The position numbers were made by a program, and so were the translations under genes. Source: Acidobacteriota bacterium (GTDB lineage: Bacteria > Acidobacteriota > UBA6911 > RPQK01 > JAJDTT01). From it: 64,000 nucleotides of DNA. Under the pieces are notes generated by a model. It was not told the DNA's origin. It saw only the letters and a list, made by a program, of their open reading frames with translations, and did no database searches. The DNA is taken from assembly GCA_963668095.1 (NCBI GenBank), contig OY764083.1, forward strand, positions 1,061,525-1,125,524, written 5' to 3'. Positions 9,858 to 20,578 of this stretch are shown one piece after another (position 1 is the stretch's first letter; each line of letters starts with the position of its first letter).

Positions 9858-10745
9858 TCAGGCGTCGGGCATCAGTTTGCGGAAGCGGTTCCAGACGCGT
9901 TCTGCCTGCTCCCGGGTCAACGGCATGCCCGGAGGCCGTGGGACGCCGCAGTCGATTCCGAGACGCCTGCCCATCAGCTCTTTGAGAACGGCGACGTAGG
10001 GGCCGTACTCGCCGTCGAAGAGGGCGAAGACCTCATTTGCCTTGTCCTGGGCCTTCCGGGCCCGCGCCCAATCCCCCTCCTGATAGGCGTCCCAGACCTG
10101 GAGGAAGGGTTCGGGAGCCACGCCGGGCGGTCCGTCGACACACCCCACGGCGCCCTCGACCAGGGCCGGCAGCATCAGGCAGCTGAATCCCTTCAAACAG
10201 GCCAGACCCATTTGAGCGAAGATCCGGACGTTCTTGAAGTTGACCGCCGAATGCTTGAGACCGGTCAGTTGGGGCACTTCATCCTGGAGCTTCTTCATCA
10301 GCCCGGGGGTGAACTCCAGGCCGGTGGCGTCGGGCAGATTGTAGACGAACAGGGGGAGATCGGCGGCATTACCGATGGCCTGGTAGTAACCGATCGCCTC
10401 GTCTTCGCCCGCACCGTAGAAGGAGCCGGGCAAGGCGCAGATGGCGTCGACGCCGGCCCGGGCGGCCTGCTCCGCCATCCCGGCGGCAGCCGACGTGGTG
10501 GCCGCGCCCACGTGCATGATGATCCGAGCGTGGCCCCGGCACTGATCCACGGCGATCTCGGCAACCCTCCGGTTCTCGTCCGGCTGCAGCAACACGCTCT
10601 CGCCGCTTCCCCCGGCCACCCAGAAACCGTGGACCCCGGCCCGGATGTTGAACTCCAGGACCTGCCGGAAGGCCTCCTCGTTGAGCCGGTCCTCCTGGTC
10701 CATGGGAGTGATGACGGCCGGGTAGAGCCCACTGAAACTGGTCAT
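9858..10745 (-). CDS. DapA/NanA family aldolase-lyase
   Basis: 295 aa. AVITPM, GFWVAGGSGE and a K in the LKHS region are typical of the dihydrodipicolinate synthase family. Confidence 0.85.
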   Translation of the reverse strand: MTSFSGLYPAVITPMDQEDRLNEEAFRQVLEFNIRAGVHGFWVAGGSGESVLLQPDENRRVAEIAVDQCRGHARIIMHVGAATTSAAAGMAEQAARAGVDAICALPGSFYGAGEDEAIGYYQAIGNAADLPLFVYNLPDATGLEFTPGLMKKLQDEVPQLTGLKHSAVNFKNVRIFAQMGLACLKGFSCLMLPALVEGAVGCVDGPPGVAPEPFLQVWDAYQEGDWARARKAQDKANEVFALFDGEYGPYVAVLKELMGRRLGIDCGVPRPPGMPLTREQAERVWNRFRKLMPDA

Positions 10746-10812
10746 TTGGGTCCTTTCGTTGCTGGATGAAGGTTCGGTCTCGATCGGTGCGGCGCTCGGA
10801 ACGGCTGGAGAT

Positions 10813-12243
10813 TCAGGCCATGATGTCGGTGATCACGTTGCCGTGGATGTCGGTGAGGCGAAAATCCCGTCCCGCGTAGCGGTAGGTCAGCCGCGTATGG
10901 TCCAAACCCATGAGGTGCAGAATCGTGGCGTGCAGGTCGTGGATGTGCACCTTGTTCTCCACCGAGTAGTAGCCGTAGTCGTCGGTGGCGCCGTAGGAGA
11001 AGCCGGGCTTCACGCCGGCGCCGGCCATCCACATGGTGAATCCCTGGGGATTGTGGTCCCGTCCGTCGGACCCCTGGGCCACCGGGGTGCGGCCGAACTC
11101 GCCACCCCACAGGACCAGCGTGTCCTGCAACAGGCCTCGCCCCTTGAGGTCGCGGAGCAGGCCGGCGATGGGCTTGTCCACTTCCCGGGCGTTCTGGGTG
11201 TGGTCCCGGCGCAGACGGCGGTGCTGGTCCCACTTGTAGCTGTGGCTCACCTGCACGAAGCGGACACCGGCCTCGGCCAGACGCCGGGCCATCAGGCACT
11301 GGCGGCCGAAGTCCTCGGTCATCCGGTCGTCCAGGCAGTAGAGCTTCCGCGTGGTTTCGGATTCCCGGGAGAGGTCCTGCAAACCGGGCGCCTGAGCCTG
11401 CATCCGGAAGGCCAACTCGAAGGCCTGGATCCGGCCTTCCAGATTCCGGTCGGGACCGGTCCGGGCCAGTTGCTGTTGGTTCATCTCCCGAATGAAGTCC
11501 AAGTGTTTGCGCTGGATGTCCCGGGGAACCTGGTCGTTGGTGATGAACGGGATCTTCGCGTCCTTGGCCTCGATTCGGCTGGTGCCCATGGCGGTGCCGG
11601 AGTAGGGAGCGGGGAGAAACGCCGAACTGTAGTTGTTGGCTCCACCGTGACCCTGAGTGGGACAGATGGTGATGAACCCCGGCATGTCCTGGTTTTCGCT
11701 TCCCAAACCGTAGGTGAGCCAGGAGCCGATGCTGGGGCGGACGAAGGTGTCGCTGCCGGTGTGCAACTCCAGCAGGGCCGCTCCGTGACGGGAGTTGGAG
11801 GCGTGCATGGACTTGATGAAGCAGAGGTCGTCCACGAATTCGGCCACATTGGGAAAGAGTTCGCTGACCCATTGCCCGCTCTCGCCATGCTGCTTGAACG
11901 CCCAGGGGGACTTGAGCAGGTTGAAGGTCTCGCTGGAGACGACCCGGGGACGCTCGTAGGGAAACGGCTTGCCGTGGTCCCGCTGCAGCAGGGGTTTGTA
12001 GTCGAAGGTGTCGACCTGGGAGGGACCGCCGTGCATGAAGAGGAAGATGATCCGCTTGGCCCGGGGTTGAAAATGGGGCGCCTTCAGGGCCAGGGGGTTG
12101 TCGGAATCGCCAGGAACCGCTGCCGCGGCCTCCTCGGCCAACAGGCCCGCCAGGGCCAGAGATCCGAACCCGGCGCTGCTGGCCCGAAGCATCTCCCGGC
12201 GCGAGATCCGGGTTCCCGTCAGATCGTTCCAATGTGAGTTCAT
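10813..12243 (-). CDS. DUF1501 (sulfatase-fold) protein with Tat signal
   Basis: 476 aa. Leader SRREMLRASSAGFGSLALAG. Conserved FMHGGPSQVDTFD and HHRDHN-like motifs. Confidence 0.9.
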   Translation of the reverse strand: MNSHWNDLTGTRISRREMLRASSAGFGSLALAGLLAEEAAAAVPGDSDNPLALKAPHFQPRAKRIIFLFMHGGPSQVDTFDYKPLLQRDHGKPFPYERPRVVSSETFNLLKSPWAFKQHGESGQWVSELFPNVAEFVDDLCFIKSMHASNSRHGAALLELHTGSDTFVRPSIGSWLTYGLGSENQDMPGFITICPTQGHGGANNYSSAFLPAPYSGTAMGTSRIEAKDAKIPFITNDQVPRDIQRKHLDFIREMNQQQLARTGPDRNLEGRIQAFELAFRMQAQAPGLQDLSRESETTRKLYCLDDRMTEDFGRQCLMARRLAEAGVRFVQVSHSYKWDQHRRLRRDHTQNAREVDKPIAGLLRDLKGRGLLQDTLVLWGGEFGRTPVAQGSDGRDHNPQGFTMWMAGAGVKPGFSYGATDDYGYYSVENKVHIHDLHATILHLMGLDHTRLTYRYAGRDFRLTDIHGNVITDIMA

Positions 12244-12254
12244 GGTTCGAACCT

Positions 12255-15200
12255 CTAATTCAGATATGCGAATTCACTCGACGCCATCAGCGCCTGGCAG
12301 AATCCCTGCCAGGACCGCAGCCTGCGTTCGCCGGGCTCTTCGACCCGATCCCGCCAGCCCGCATCCATGCGGTCCACGAATTCCAGGGCCCGCCGGGATT
12401 CCTCATCGTTGGGCCGACGGCCCAATGCGCGTTCGTAGGCCACGCGGACCCGTCCGGTCTCGTCCAGGTCCTCCCTGGCCAGGAGCTGGCTGGCCATCCG
12501 GCGCGAGTTCTCCAGCACCAGGGAATCGTTCATGAGGAACAAGGCCTGGGGCGCCACCACGCTGGCGCCACGGTCTCCGTCCGTCACCGACGGGTCGGCG
12601 AAATCGAAGGCCCGGAGGAAATCGTACATGGAACTGCGCACCACCGGAAGATAGATCGACCTTCGATTCCAGTCGTAACGGACTCCAGGCCGGATGTAAC
12701 CCCGGCCGCTCTGGCCCAACAACGATCCTCCCGTTTCCAGGTCCAAATTGGCGGAGACAGCCAGGATGGAGTCGCGAATCGCCTCGGCTTCCAGCTGGCG
12801 GCGGTTCATCCTCCAATACAAGCGATTCTCAGGATCCTTTCCGGCTCCCTTCGGGGAATAGCCGGTGCTCATTCGATACGTGGCCGAGAGCATGATCAGG
12901 CGGTGCATCCGTTTCAGGGACCAGTTCCCCTCCACGAATCGGAGCGCCAGCCAGTCGAGCAATTCGGGGTGACTGGGCGCCTCGCCCAGTCGACCGAAGT
13001 TATCGGTGGAGGCGACGAGACCCCGTCCCATGTTCCAGCGCCAGATCCGGTTCACCATGACCCGTGCCGTCAGGGGATTGTCCTCGCGGGTCATCCAATC
13101 CGCCAACTCCAGACGTCCGCTGCGTGCCGGATTGCGCAATCGTTCCAACGTCTTCCGGCCCAGACCCGGAAACCCGCGGGGCACCTGCTCTCCCAGGTCC
13201 CAGTGGCTGCCGCGCAGATGGATGGCCAGATCGTCGACCTGCTTGCCTTCGGTGACTCCCATAGCGCTGGGAAGCTCGGGCAGGCCCTCCTCCAGCTTTC
13301 GCTGCTCCTCCTCCAAGGCTGCGATCTCACGCCGGGCCGCTTCGGTAAAGTACTCGGTCGTATCCTCGGGCGGCCGGAAGGGCCCCCATTTCTCGTAGAG
13401 GATCGCCCTCATGGCTTCCAGGGCCGGATCCTCCAGCTTGATCTCTTCAGTCTCGTCGTCGGTCCGGACCGTGCTGAATTCCTTGCCGGCGATTTCCCGG
13501 TCGCCCACCAGCGCTTTCCACGCCTCCTCGGCTCGCTGGAACTGCTCCTGGTAGCGGGTGGCCAGTTCCGTCAGGCCGGTCGCCTCAAGATTCTCGAAGA
13601 GTGTGGCCGCCGGCGACTGCCACCCTTCCCGCGATCTCCCCTCGGTCAGGGCGTGCCAGGCGTACAGCACCGAATAGGGCGCCCCTCGGCTCCGCCGCAG
13701 GCGGTCGATCCACTGCTGCAGAAAGACCGGGTTCAGATCGTCCCGAAGGGCCACCTGGATCAGGGATCTGGGTATGGGAACTCCGTCCCGCAGGGGATTG
13801 GGGGCGAATAACAGCTTCTCGAAATAGGGATAGCGGTTCTTGTGCTCCAGGCGGAGCGTGTTGTGTCCGGCGTTCAGGTCGAAGATCCCGGCCACCATCC
13901 AACCACCCGCATCGGGCGAGGCCGTCCGGTTTTCGATAGCCTCGATCCCCCGCTTGACCAGGGTGCCATTGAGGTGGATGTCCGCCGTGCCGGCACCCGT
14001 CTCGGCTTCCAGAAACTCCAACTGGTAGGGGCCGGGCGCGGGGACCTGGACGTCATATTCGGCGAAATAGGCGTCGGGAGGCGCGTCGGAACTTCCGGCG
14101 TCGGGGATATTCGTCTTCCCTTTTTTCAGTTGCCGCTCGATGTTTCCCCGGTCCCAGCTCACCGCCTCCCGCAGGGTCAGAGATTCGGGTTCGGGATTCC
14201 GTCCTTCGAAAACGCTCTTGAGCCGGATCTTTTCGTAGCCGGCCAACTCCTGCGCGGCCAGCAGGTAGGCCCCCACCCGGGTGCGGCCCTCCTCGACCAG
14301 CTTCCGGTTCTCCCGCTTGGTGACGGCTTCGATGCCCTTGGTCTTCGCCTCGATCTTCTCCCGCTGCCGCTGCAACCGGAGGCGGTCGTCCGCCGGAGCC
14401 AGGACGTGCTCATGCCATTCGGCCACCACGTCATGGTGCTCCATGGTCTTGGAGCTCCTGAAGATGCCGGCCAGCGAGTAGTAGTCCCGAATCGAGATGG
14501 GATCGAACTTGTGGTCGTGGCAACGGGCGCAGCCCATGGTCAGCCCCAGGAAAGCCCGGAAGCTGGTGTCCAACTGTTCGTCGATGATGTCCATCCGCAT
14601 CTTCACGGGGTCGTCTTCCGCCAGCATCTTGGGACCCAGTGAGAGGAATCCGGTGGCCGTCCAGCGTTCCAGCGTGGTCTCCAGATCACCCGGATCGGGC
14701 AGGAGGTCTCCCGCCAGCTGCTCCCGCACGAACAGATCGTAAGGCTTGTCCCGGTTGAAGGCCTGGACCACGTAGTCCCGATAGCGGAAGGCGGTCGTAT
14801 ACGCCATGTTCTCGTCCAGCCCGTTGGAATCGGCGTAGCGGGCCACGTCCAACCAATGGCGGCCCCAACGCTCTCCATAGCGGGGCGAGGCCAGGAGGCG
14901 TTCGATCAGCCGGGCGTAGGCGCCCGGCGACCGGTCCTGGAGAAAATCCCGGATCTCTTCGATGGTGGGGGGAAGACCGGTCAGGTCGAAAGTGGCCCGC
15001 CGAATCAGGGTCCGCCGGTCGGCGGCCGGAGCCGGCTCCAGTCCTTCCGCTTCCAACCGGGCCAGGATAAATCGGTCGATGGGCGATCGGACCCAGCCAG
15101 CGCGCTGGACCTCCGGCAGTGAGGGCGCTGTCGGAGGCTCGAATGCCCAGAAACCCTCCGTCTCCGAAGCCGCTTGGCCGGGATCGGCAACCACGCCCCA

Positions 15201-15590
15201 GGGGGCGCCCATGCGGACCCAATTTGTGAGCAGGGCGATCTCCTCATCCGGAAGCCGGCCCGCGAGGGGCATGCGCAACTTCTCGTCCCGATGGGTGACG
15301 GCGCGAATCAGCAGGCTCGATTCCGGATCGCCGGCGACGACGGGAGAGCCTCGGGCGCCGCCCTTGCGGAAGCCCTCTTCCTGGTCCAGGACCAATCCGC
15401 CCATGACCGGCTGGCTGGCGCTGGAGTGACAGGCGTAGCAGTGCTCGGCCAGGAGGGGCCGGATCTTCTTTTCGAAATACTCGCCGTCGCCCGCCGGGCC
15501 GGCGATGAGCGGCTGGGAAAGCAGCACCGCAAGCAGCCACGGCGCCGGATGTCTGCAGTTTCCCAAATCCATCGAGTCCTCCCCGGACAT
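12255..15590 (-). CDS. PSCyt1 + DUF1549 (PSCyt2) + DUF1553 (PSD) protein
   Basis: 1111 aa. Heme motif CYACHS near the N-terminus, MGCARCHDHKFDP, and a C-terminal DUF1553-like region. 11 nt upstream of the DUF1501 partner. Confidence 0.9.
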   Translation of the reverse strand: MSGEDSMDLGNCRHPAPWLLAVLLSQPLIAGPAGDGEYFEKKIRPLLAEHCYACHSSASQPVMGGLVLDQEEGFRKGGARGSPVVAGDPESSLLIRAVTHRDEKLRMPLAGRLPDEEIALLTNWVRMGAPWGVVADPGQAASETEGFWAFEPPTAPSLPEVQRAGWVRSPIDRFILARLEAEGLEPAPAADRRTLIRRATFDLTGLPPTIEEIRDFLQDRSPGAYARLIERLLASPRYGERWGRHWLDVARYADSNGLDENMAYTTAFRYRDYVVQAFNRDKPYDLFVREQLAGDLLPDPGDLETTLERWTATGFLSLGPKMLAEDDPVKMRMDIIDEQLDTSFRAFLGLTMGCARCHDHKFDPISIRDYYSLAGIFRSSKTMEHHDVVAEWHEHVLAPADDRLRLQRQREKIEAKTKGIEAVTKRENRKLVEEGRTRVGAYLLAAQELAGYEKIRLKSVFEGRNPEPESLTLREAVSWDRGNIERQLKKGKTNIPDAGSSDAPPDAYFAEYDVQVPAPGPYQLEFLEAETGAGTADIHLNGTLVKRGIEAIENRTASPDAGGWMVAGIFDLNAGHNTLRLEHKNRYPYFEKLLFAPNPLRDGVPIPRSLIQVALRDDLNPVFLQQWIDRLRRSRGAPYSVLYAWHALTEGRSREGWQSPAATLFENLEATGLTELATRYQEQFQRAEEAWKALVGDREIAGKEFSTVRTDDETEEIKLEDPALEAMRAILYEKWGPFRPPEDTTEYFTEAARREIAALEEEQRKLEEGLPELPSAMGVTEGKQVDDLAIHLRGSHWDLGEQVPRGFPGLGRKTLERLRNPARSGRLELADWMTREDNPLTARVMVNRIWRWNMGRGLVASTDNFGRLGEAPSHPELLDWLALRFVEGNWSLKRMHRLIMLSATYRMSTGYSPKGAGKDPENRLYWRMNRRQLEAEAIRDSILAVSANLDLETGGSLLGQSGRGYIRPGVRYDWNRRSIYLPVVRSSMYDFLRAFDFADPSVTDGDRGASVVAPQALFLMNDSLVLENSRRMASQLLAREDLDETGRVRVAYERALGRRPNDEESRRALEFVDRMDAGWRDRVEEPGERRLRSWQGFCQALMASSEFAYLN

Positions 15591-15676
15591 GAGGGTATAA
15601 GCGGATCAATTCTAACATTGAGAGTCTGAGAAATTCAGCCGCCTCGCTGAGCCCGGACTTTCACCACGTTCGGAAG

Positions 15677-15825
15677 GGCGACTTTCTTGTCGCCCATTGG
15701 GAGAGGCGACGTCCTCGTCCCCCATTCTTCAATTCGCCCGGTTGAAAGACGCTACGCGGAGTGGGGACTCCGTCCCTCCTAATAATCCCCCCTATCGGCG
15801 GCAAGAAAGCCGCCGCTCCTTTGGG
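15677..15825. repeat. cluster of GGCGAC/GGCGGC-GAAA-type hairpin repeats
   Basis: GGGCGACTTTCTTGTCGCCC-ATTGGGAG, AGGCGACGTCCTCGTCCCCC, GGGGACTCCGTCCC and GGCGGCAAGAAAGCCGCCGCTCCTTTGG. Same family as 22928-23002. Confidence 0.6.
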
Positions 15826-15989
15826 GGGCATGTTTTTATTATAAATAGACAATTACCGGCCTGTTTTTATTATTTGCAGACAATAATAACGAACTGCTCG
15901 CGGTCCTTTTCTGGAAATGGGGTTCCGAATTGGGTAAAAATGAAGCCGTTTCCCGGACTCGGGACCCGTCCCCCCCGCCGGTAGTCTCT

Positions 15990-17747
15990 ATGCGATCACG
16001 AAAAAGCAGGAAGAAGCCCTCTCTAGCCACCGTCAGGTACGCCTTCAAGGAAATCATCTGGCCGCGCCGAAAACTGCTCCTTTTGGGATTGGCCCTGATC
16101 CTGCTGAACCGGTTGGCGGGCCTCGCCCTGCCCGCCGCCAGCAAGTTCCTCGTCGACGACGTGATCGGCGAGGGAAATATCGAACTGCTCCGAACTCTGC
16201 TCGCCGGCGTGACGGTGGCCATCGCGGTGCAGTCTTTCAGTTCCTTTTTCCTGACCCGGCTCCTGAGCGTGGAGGCGCAGCACCTGATTTCCCAGCTCCG
16301 GGCGCAGGTCCAGCGCCACATCATCTATCTGCCCATCCGGTTCTTCGACAACACCAAGTCGGGCGAGCTCGTCTCCCGGATCATGACCGACGTGGAGGGC
16401 GTCCGGAACCTGGTCGGCACCGGACTCGTCCATCTTTTCGGCGGAATCCTGACCGCCATCGGCTCCCTCTTCTTCCTCTTCAGAATCAGCGTCCTGATGA
16501 CGCTCTACACCCTGGTTCCCCTGACCATTCTGGGACTGATCTCGCTCAAGGCCTTCGGCCATATCCGCCCCATCTTCCGCGAGCGGGGCAAGATCAACGC
16601 CGACGTTACCGGCCGGCTCGCCGAATCCCTGGGCGGCATCCGGGTCATCAAGGGTTTCAGCGCCGAGCGGCAGGAGATCCACGTCTTCGAAAAGGGAGTG
16701 GCGAGGATCTTCGACAACGTCCGGAAGTCCCTCACCGCCACCAGCCTGGTCACCAGCGCTTCGACCCTGCTCCTGGGGCTGGCCAGCGTTGGGATCATGG
16801 GTCTGGGAAGCTCCATGATCATGGAGGGCGAGATGACGGTGGGAGACTTCGTCTCCTTCACCCTCTTCCTGGGATTCCTCATCGCTCCCATCGTCCAGAT
16901 GGGCAACATCGGCAGCCAGATCACCGAGGCTTTCGCCGGCCTCGACCGGAGCGAAGAGATCCTGACGACGGCCCGGGAGGACGACGACCCGGGACGGACC
17001 GTGGTGATGGAAGATGTGGAAGGCCACATCGCATTCCAGGACGTGACCTTCTCGTACGAACCGGGACACCCGGTGCTGAAGGGGGTGAGCTTCGACGCTC
17101 CCGCCGGGAGCGTGACGGCGCTGGTGGGAAGCTCCGGATCCGGAAAGACCACACTGGCCGGCCTGGCCGCTTCCTTCCTGAAGCCGGACCAGGGCCGGAT
17201 CCTGGTTGACGGCCGCGACCTCTCCACCATGACCCTGGAATCGTACCGCTCGCGGCTGGGGGTCGTGCTGCAGGACGACTTCCTGTACGAGGGGACCATC
17301 CGCGAGAACATTCTCTTCGGCCGGCCCCAGGCTGGCGAGGAGGAGCTGCTGGAAGCGGTGCGGGCGTCCCATGTCAAGGAGTTCACCGACGACTTCGACG
17401 CGGGACTCGAAACCCTTATCGGAGAGCGGGGCGTGAAACTCTCGGGAGGCCAGCGCCAGCGGGTCTCCATCGCCCGCGCCCTGTTGGCCGATCCCAGGAT
17501 CCTGATTCTGGACGAGGCCACCTCCAATCTGGACACGGAAAGCGAGCTCTACATCCAGCAGAGTCTGGCCGGGCTGCTGCGGGGACGCACGACCTTCGTC
17601 ATCGCCCATCGCCTCAGCACCATTCGCCAGGCTCATCAGATCCTGGTGGTGGAGGCGGGCAAGATCGTGGAGCGGGGGGATCACGAGGAACTGATCCGGC
17701 GGCAGGGGCGCTACTACCAGCTCTACACTTACCAGGCGCGAATCTGA
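15990..17747 (+). CDS. ABC exporter, fused permease/ATPase (MsbA-like)
   Basis: Six-TM N-terminal half. Walker A GSSGSGKTT, signature LSGGQRQR, Walker B ILILDEATS. ATG 15990 preferred over TTG 15930. Confidence 0.9.
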   Translation: MRSRKSRKKPSLATVRYAFKEIIWPRRKLLLLGLALILLNRLAGLALPAASKFLVDDVIGEGNIELLRTLLAGVTVAIAVQSFSSFFLTRLLSVEAQHLISQLRAQVQRHIIYLPIRFFDNTKSGELVSRIMTDVEGVRNLVGTGLVHLFGGILTAIGSLFFLFRISVLMTLYTLVPLTILGLISLKAFGHIRPIFRERGKINADVTGRLAESLGGIRVIKGFSAERQEIHVFEKGVARIFDNVRKSLTATSLVTSASTLLLGLASVGIMGLGSSMIMEGEMTVGDFVSFTLFLGFLIAPIVQMGNIGSQITEAFAGLDRSEEILTTAREDDDPGRTVVMEDVEGHIAFQDVTFSYEPGHPVLKGVSFDAPAGSVTALVGSSGSGKTTLAGLAASFLKPDQGRILVDGRDLSTMTLESYRSRLGVVLQDDFLYEGTIRENILFGRPQAGEEELLEAVRASHVKEFTDDFDAGLETLIGERGVKLSGGQRQRVSIARALLADPRILILDEATSNLDTESELYIQQSLAGLLRGRTTFVIAHRLSTIRQAHQILVVEAGKIVERGDHEELIRRQGRYYQLYTYQARI

Positions 17748-17902
17748 TGGGTACTATGGGTGCCCATGCTAGGACTCGTAGCACTTACAGGAACCCTAAT
17801 GGCCGTGCCGGGAGTCCTGGGACTGACGAGTCCCCACGTCCTGATCGAGATGACGGCCCATTTGGGATTACTGCTCCTCTACTCGTTGTCGTGAGCTGAG
17901 CG

Positions 17903-19150
17903 ATGCAGTCAGGCGACGCCAGAGCAGGCACCCCGCGACTCGGTCTGGTGTTCGGCATCGCGCTGGCCAACTACCTTTCCCACGCGCTCATCCGCTACAG
18001 CACTCCATTGTACTTCAGCGCCCTCGACTATCCGAAGGCCGCTTACGAAACGTTCAGCTTCTACTGGTTGGTCGCCTTCATCGCAGGATCCACCTTCTCG
18101 GGTCTGCTGGCATCCCGATTCGACGAGCGGAACGTCTGGTCGAGCGGCGTCGCCGGCTTCGCCGGGCTGGGTCTGCTGCTGATCTTCATTCCCGGCTACT
18201 GGGTGGTTCCTTTTGCGGGTCTGCTCTACGGGATCACGGCCGCCGCACAATGGGTTGGAGCCATGGCCTTCGTCCAGACCGCGGCTCCGGGCAAGCGGGG
18301 ATGGGCCAACGCCCTGCTGATGATCGCGCTCGGTGGGGGCAGCTTCGTGGGAGCTCCCCTGGGTGCGGCGATTCTCAGCTGGACCTCCGGCGGGGATCCC
18401 ACCCCCGGCAACTTCTTTCCCATGCTTTGGTTTCACACCGCCCTCTGCCTGGCGGGGGCCGTGCTGATCCGAACCGTGGCGAGGCAACCGGGACCGGTCC
18501 GGCGCCGGCGCGTGCAGGAGAGCTGGAAGACCAACTTCTCGCTATTGCGGATGCCCCGCTACCTGGCCATGGTCATCCCGTTGAGCCTGATGGGCGGACC
18601 GGTCTTCCAGACCGTCAACATCTACCTGCCGTACCGGGCGGAAGCTCCGGAGATCGCGCTGAAGGTGGGCGCCGTGGACCAGGGGTGGTCCATGCTCCTC
18701 ACCGCCGGATACGGCATGCAGTTCCTGGGCGGTCTGTTCATCATTCTCATTGCCGGGAAGAAGGCCGGCGCCCTCATGGCCGCCGCGGTGCTGGGAGGTT
18801 ACGCCGTCTGCAGTCTGGGCATCGGATTGTCGGACTACGTCTTTGGCGTGGTAATCTTCACCGCCCTGTTCGAATTTCTAAGACAACTCATGCGCTGGTC
18901 CCAGACCGGCTACATCACCGAGCACATGCCCATCGAGTTGCGGGGACCAGCCATCGGGTTCTCCACCACTCTGAGCGGCCTCAGCTCCACTCTGTTCGCT
19001 ACCTTGATGAGGAACCTGCAGTCGCCGGACAGCCCCGATTTCTCCTCTTCCCTCCCCTTCGTCGTGGGAGGGTCCATCGGACTGGCCGGGGCGGCGCTGC
19101 TGTTGATTGCTCACTACACCATATTGAATACACAGGAGAAACATCGCTGA
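17903..19150 (+). CDS. MFS transporter
   Basis: 415 aa, about 12 hydrophobic segments. Confidence 0.8.
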   Translation: MQSGDARAGTPRLGLVFGIALANYLSHALIRYSTPLYFSALDYPKAAYETFSFYWLVAFIAGSTFSGLLASRFDERNVWSSGVAGFAGLGLLLIFIPGYWVVPFAGLLYGITAAAQWVGAMAFVQTAAPGKRGWANALLMIALGGGSFVGAPLGAAILSWTSGGDPTPGNFFPMLWFHTALCLAGAVLIRTVARQPGPVRRRRVQESWKTNFSLLRMPRYLAMVIPLSLMGGPVFQTVNIYLPYRAEAPEIALKVGAVDQGWSMLLTAGYGMQFLGGLFIILIAGKKAGALMAAAVLGGYAVCSLGIGLSDYVFGVVIFTALFEFLRQLMRWSQTGYITEHMPIELRGPAIGFSTTLSGLSSTLFATLMRNLQSPDSPDFSSSLPFVVGGSIGLAGAALLLIAHYTILNTQEKHR

Positions 19151-20439
19151 TGTCCATGGCCGACAGCCGCTGGCAACGTATCGCTACTCTTTGCGGCCTC
19201 TATGCCGCCCAGGGCCTTCCCTGGGGCTTCATGACCATTGCCTTGATCTCGTATTTGACCGCCAAAGGCGTCAACGAGACTCAGGCGGGTGAACTGGCTG
19301 CCATCGTCCTGGTCCCCTGGACCTTCAAGCTGATCTGGGCGCCTCTGATCGACACCGTGACCATCCGGTCCATGGGCCGGCGGCGCCCCTGGATCATCGG
19401 GGCGGAACTGATGATGGGCGTCACCCTGCTGGGACTCCTCCTCATGGGCAACCTGGAAGGAGATCTGAAGTTCCTGGGTTGGATGTTCTTTCTGCACAAC
19501 TGTTTCGCCTCGCTGCAGGACGTCTCCACCGACGCCCTGGCGGTGGACATCCTGCCCCGTAGCGAATACGGACAGGTCAACGGCTTGATGTGGGGCTCCA
19601 AGCTGGTCGGCAAGGGGATCGGCGCGGGTCTGATGGCCGTGGTGATGAGCCACTGGGGGATCCCGGCTGCGGTCCTGGTGCAGTTCGCCTTCATGGTGTT
19701 GATCATGCTGCTCCCCCTGCTGCTGCTGGAAAGGTCCGGGGAAAAGCGCTTCCCCTGGAGCCGGGGCCGGGCATCCGACGAGGTGAAAGCCCCCAGCGTC
19801 CGCAGTCCCTGGGAGGTGCTGCGGGACATGCGTCACGGCTTCGCACTGAGATCCATGTACATCTTCGCCATCGTCGGAACCATCAAGACCATCGGCTACG
19901 GCGTGACGGAGATCGTCAACAAGACCCTCTACACCCAACGCCTGGGCTGGAGTTCCGTAGACTACTCCGTCGTGTCGGCTTACGCCGTGGTTCCCGAGCT
20001 GTTGGGAGCCATCGGAGCCGGGTTCCTGGCCGACCGCTTCGGCCGCCGCCGCGTCATGGGCGTCAGCATGGGGGCATCGGCCCTCCTGGCCCTGGTTTTC
20101 GGGGCGTTGCCCGAACTCTGGTCCGCCACCTGGTTCACGACCCTCTACCTGGTGCTGGCGCCGGCCCTGTGGGCCGTGGTTGGCGTCAGTTTCCTTTCGT
20201 TTTCCATGCGAATCACCTGGACCCGTTCCGCGGCCACCATCTTCACCACCTACATGACCCTCTCCAACGTGGGTCACGTCATCGGCAACTGGATGGCCGG
20301 TCCGGTCCGCGATGTCTTCTCATTCGAGCACTCGTTCATGGTCTCGGGACTGATGATCATCGTGCCCATCCTGCTGCTCCCGCTGGTTCGGCCTGCCCAG
20401 GTCGACCGGGCCCGGAGGCTGGACGAGGCGACCGTGTAG
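19150..20439 (+). CDS. MFS transporter, AmpG-like family
   Basis: Start MSMADSRW overlaps the upstream stop by 1 nt. Motif GLPWGF...LVPWTFKLIWAPLID is typical of AmpG/acetyl-CoA-transporter-like MFS. Confidence 0.8.
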   Translation: MSMADSRWQRIATLCGLYAAQGLPWGFMTIALISYLTAKGVNETQAGELAAIVLVPWTFKLIWAPLIDTVTIRSMGRRRPWIIGAELMMGVTLLGLLLMGNLEGDLKFLGWMFFLHNCFASLQDVSTDALAVDILPRSEYGQVNGLMWGSKLVGKGIGAGLMAVVMSHWGIPAAVLVQFAFMVLIMLLPLLLLERSGEKRFPWSRGRASDEVKAPSVRSPWEVLRDMRHGFALRSMYIFAIVGTIKTIGYGVTEIVNKTLYTQRLGWSSVDYSVVSAYAVVPELLGAIGAGFLADRFGRRRVMGVSMGASALLALVFGALPELWSATWFTTLYLVLAPALWAVVGVSFLSFSMRITWTRSAATIFTTYMTLSNVGHVIGNWMAGPVRDVFSFEHSFMVSGLMIIVPILLLPLVRPAQVDRARRLDEATV

Positions 20440-20578
20440 ACTTCGAAATGTTATGGACCCCCACCCCACCGGAGATCAATGCTTGCCGCCGGGGAGGATT
20501 CCCCTCCAGTAATTGACAGGAGTCCGTGAAGGGTGCAAGACTTGAGTAAGACTCGGTAATACTGAATCTGGGGCAAAC

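Noticed and set aside
10742-13811. Long ORFs 10742-12232 (-), 10759-12237 (+) and 12234-13811 (+)
   Set aside because: They are Arg/Pro/Gly-rich with no motifs. They overlap, out of frame or antisense, the strongly supported DUF1501 and PSCyt genes. The same reasoning applies to 446-1810, 6977-8602, 16023-17684, 19114-20277, 26253-28667, 29202-30809, 52261-53250 and 55592-56647.
18250-20439. 729-aa ORF suggesting one very large transporter
   Set aside because: The first 300 codons are an out-of-frame overlap of the upstream MFS gene and are Arg/Pro/Gly-rich. The real AmpG-like MFS starts at MSMADSRW (19150).
20512-20578. TTGACA hexamer upstream of the RHH-PIN cassette as a promoter
   Set aside because: No acceptable -10 element lies at 16-18 nt spacing, so a promoter cannot be supported from sequence alone.
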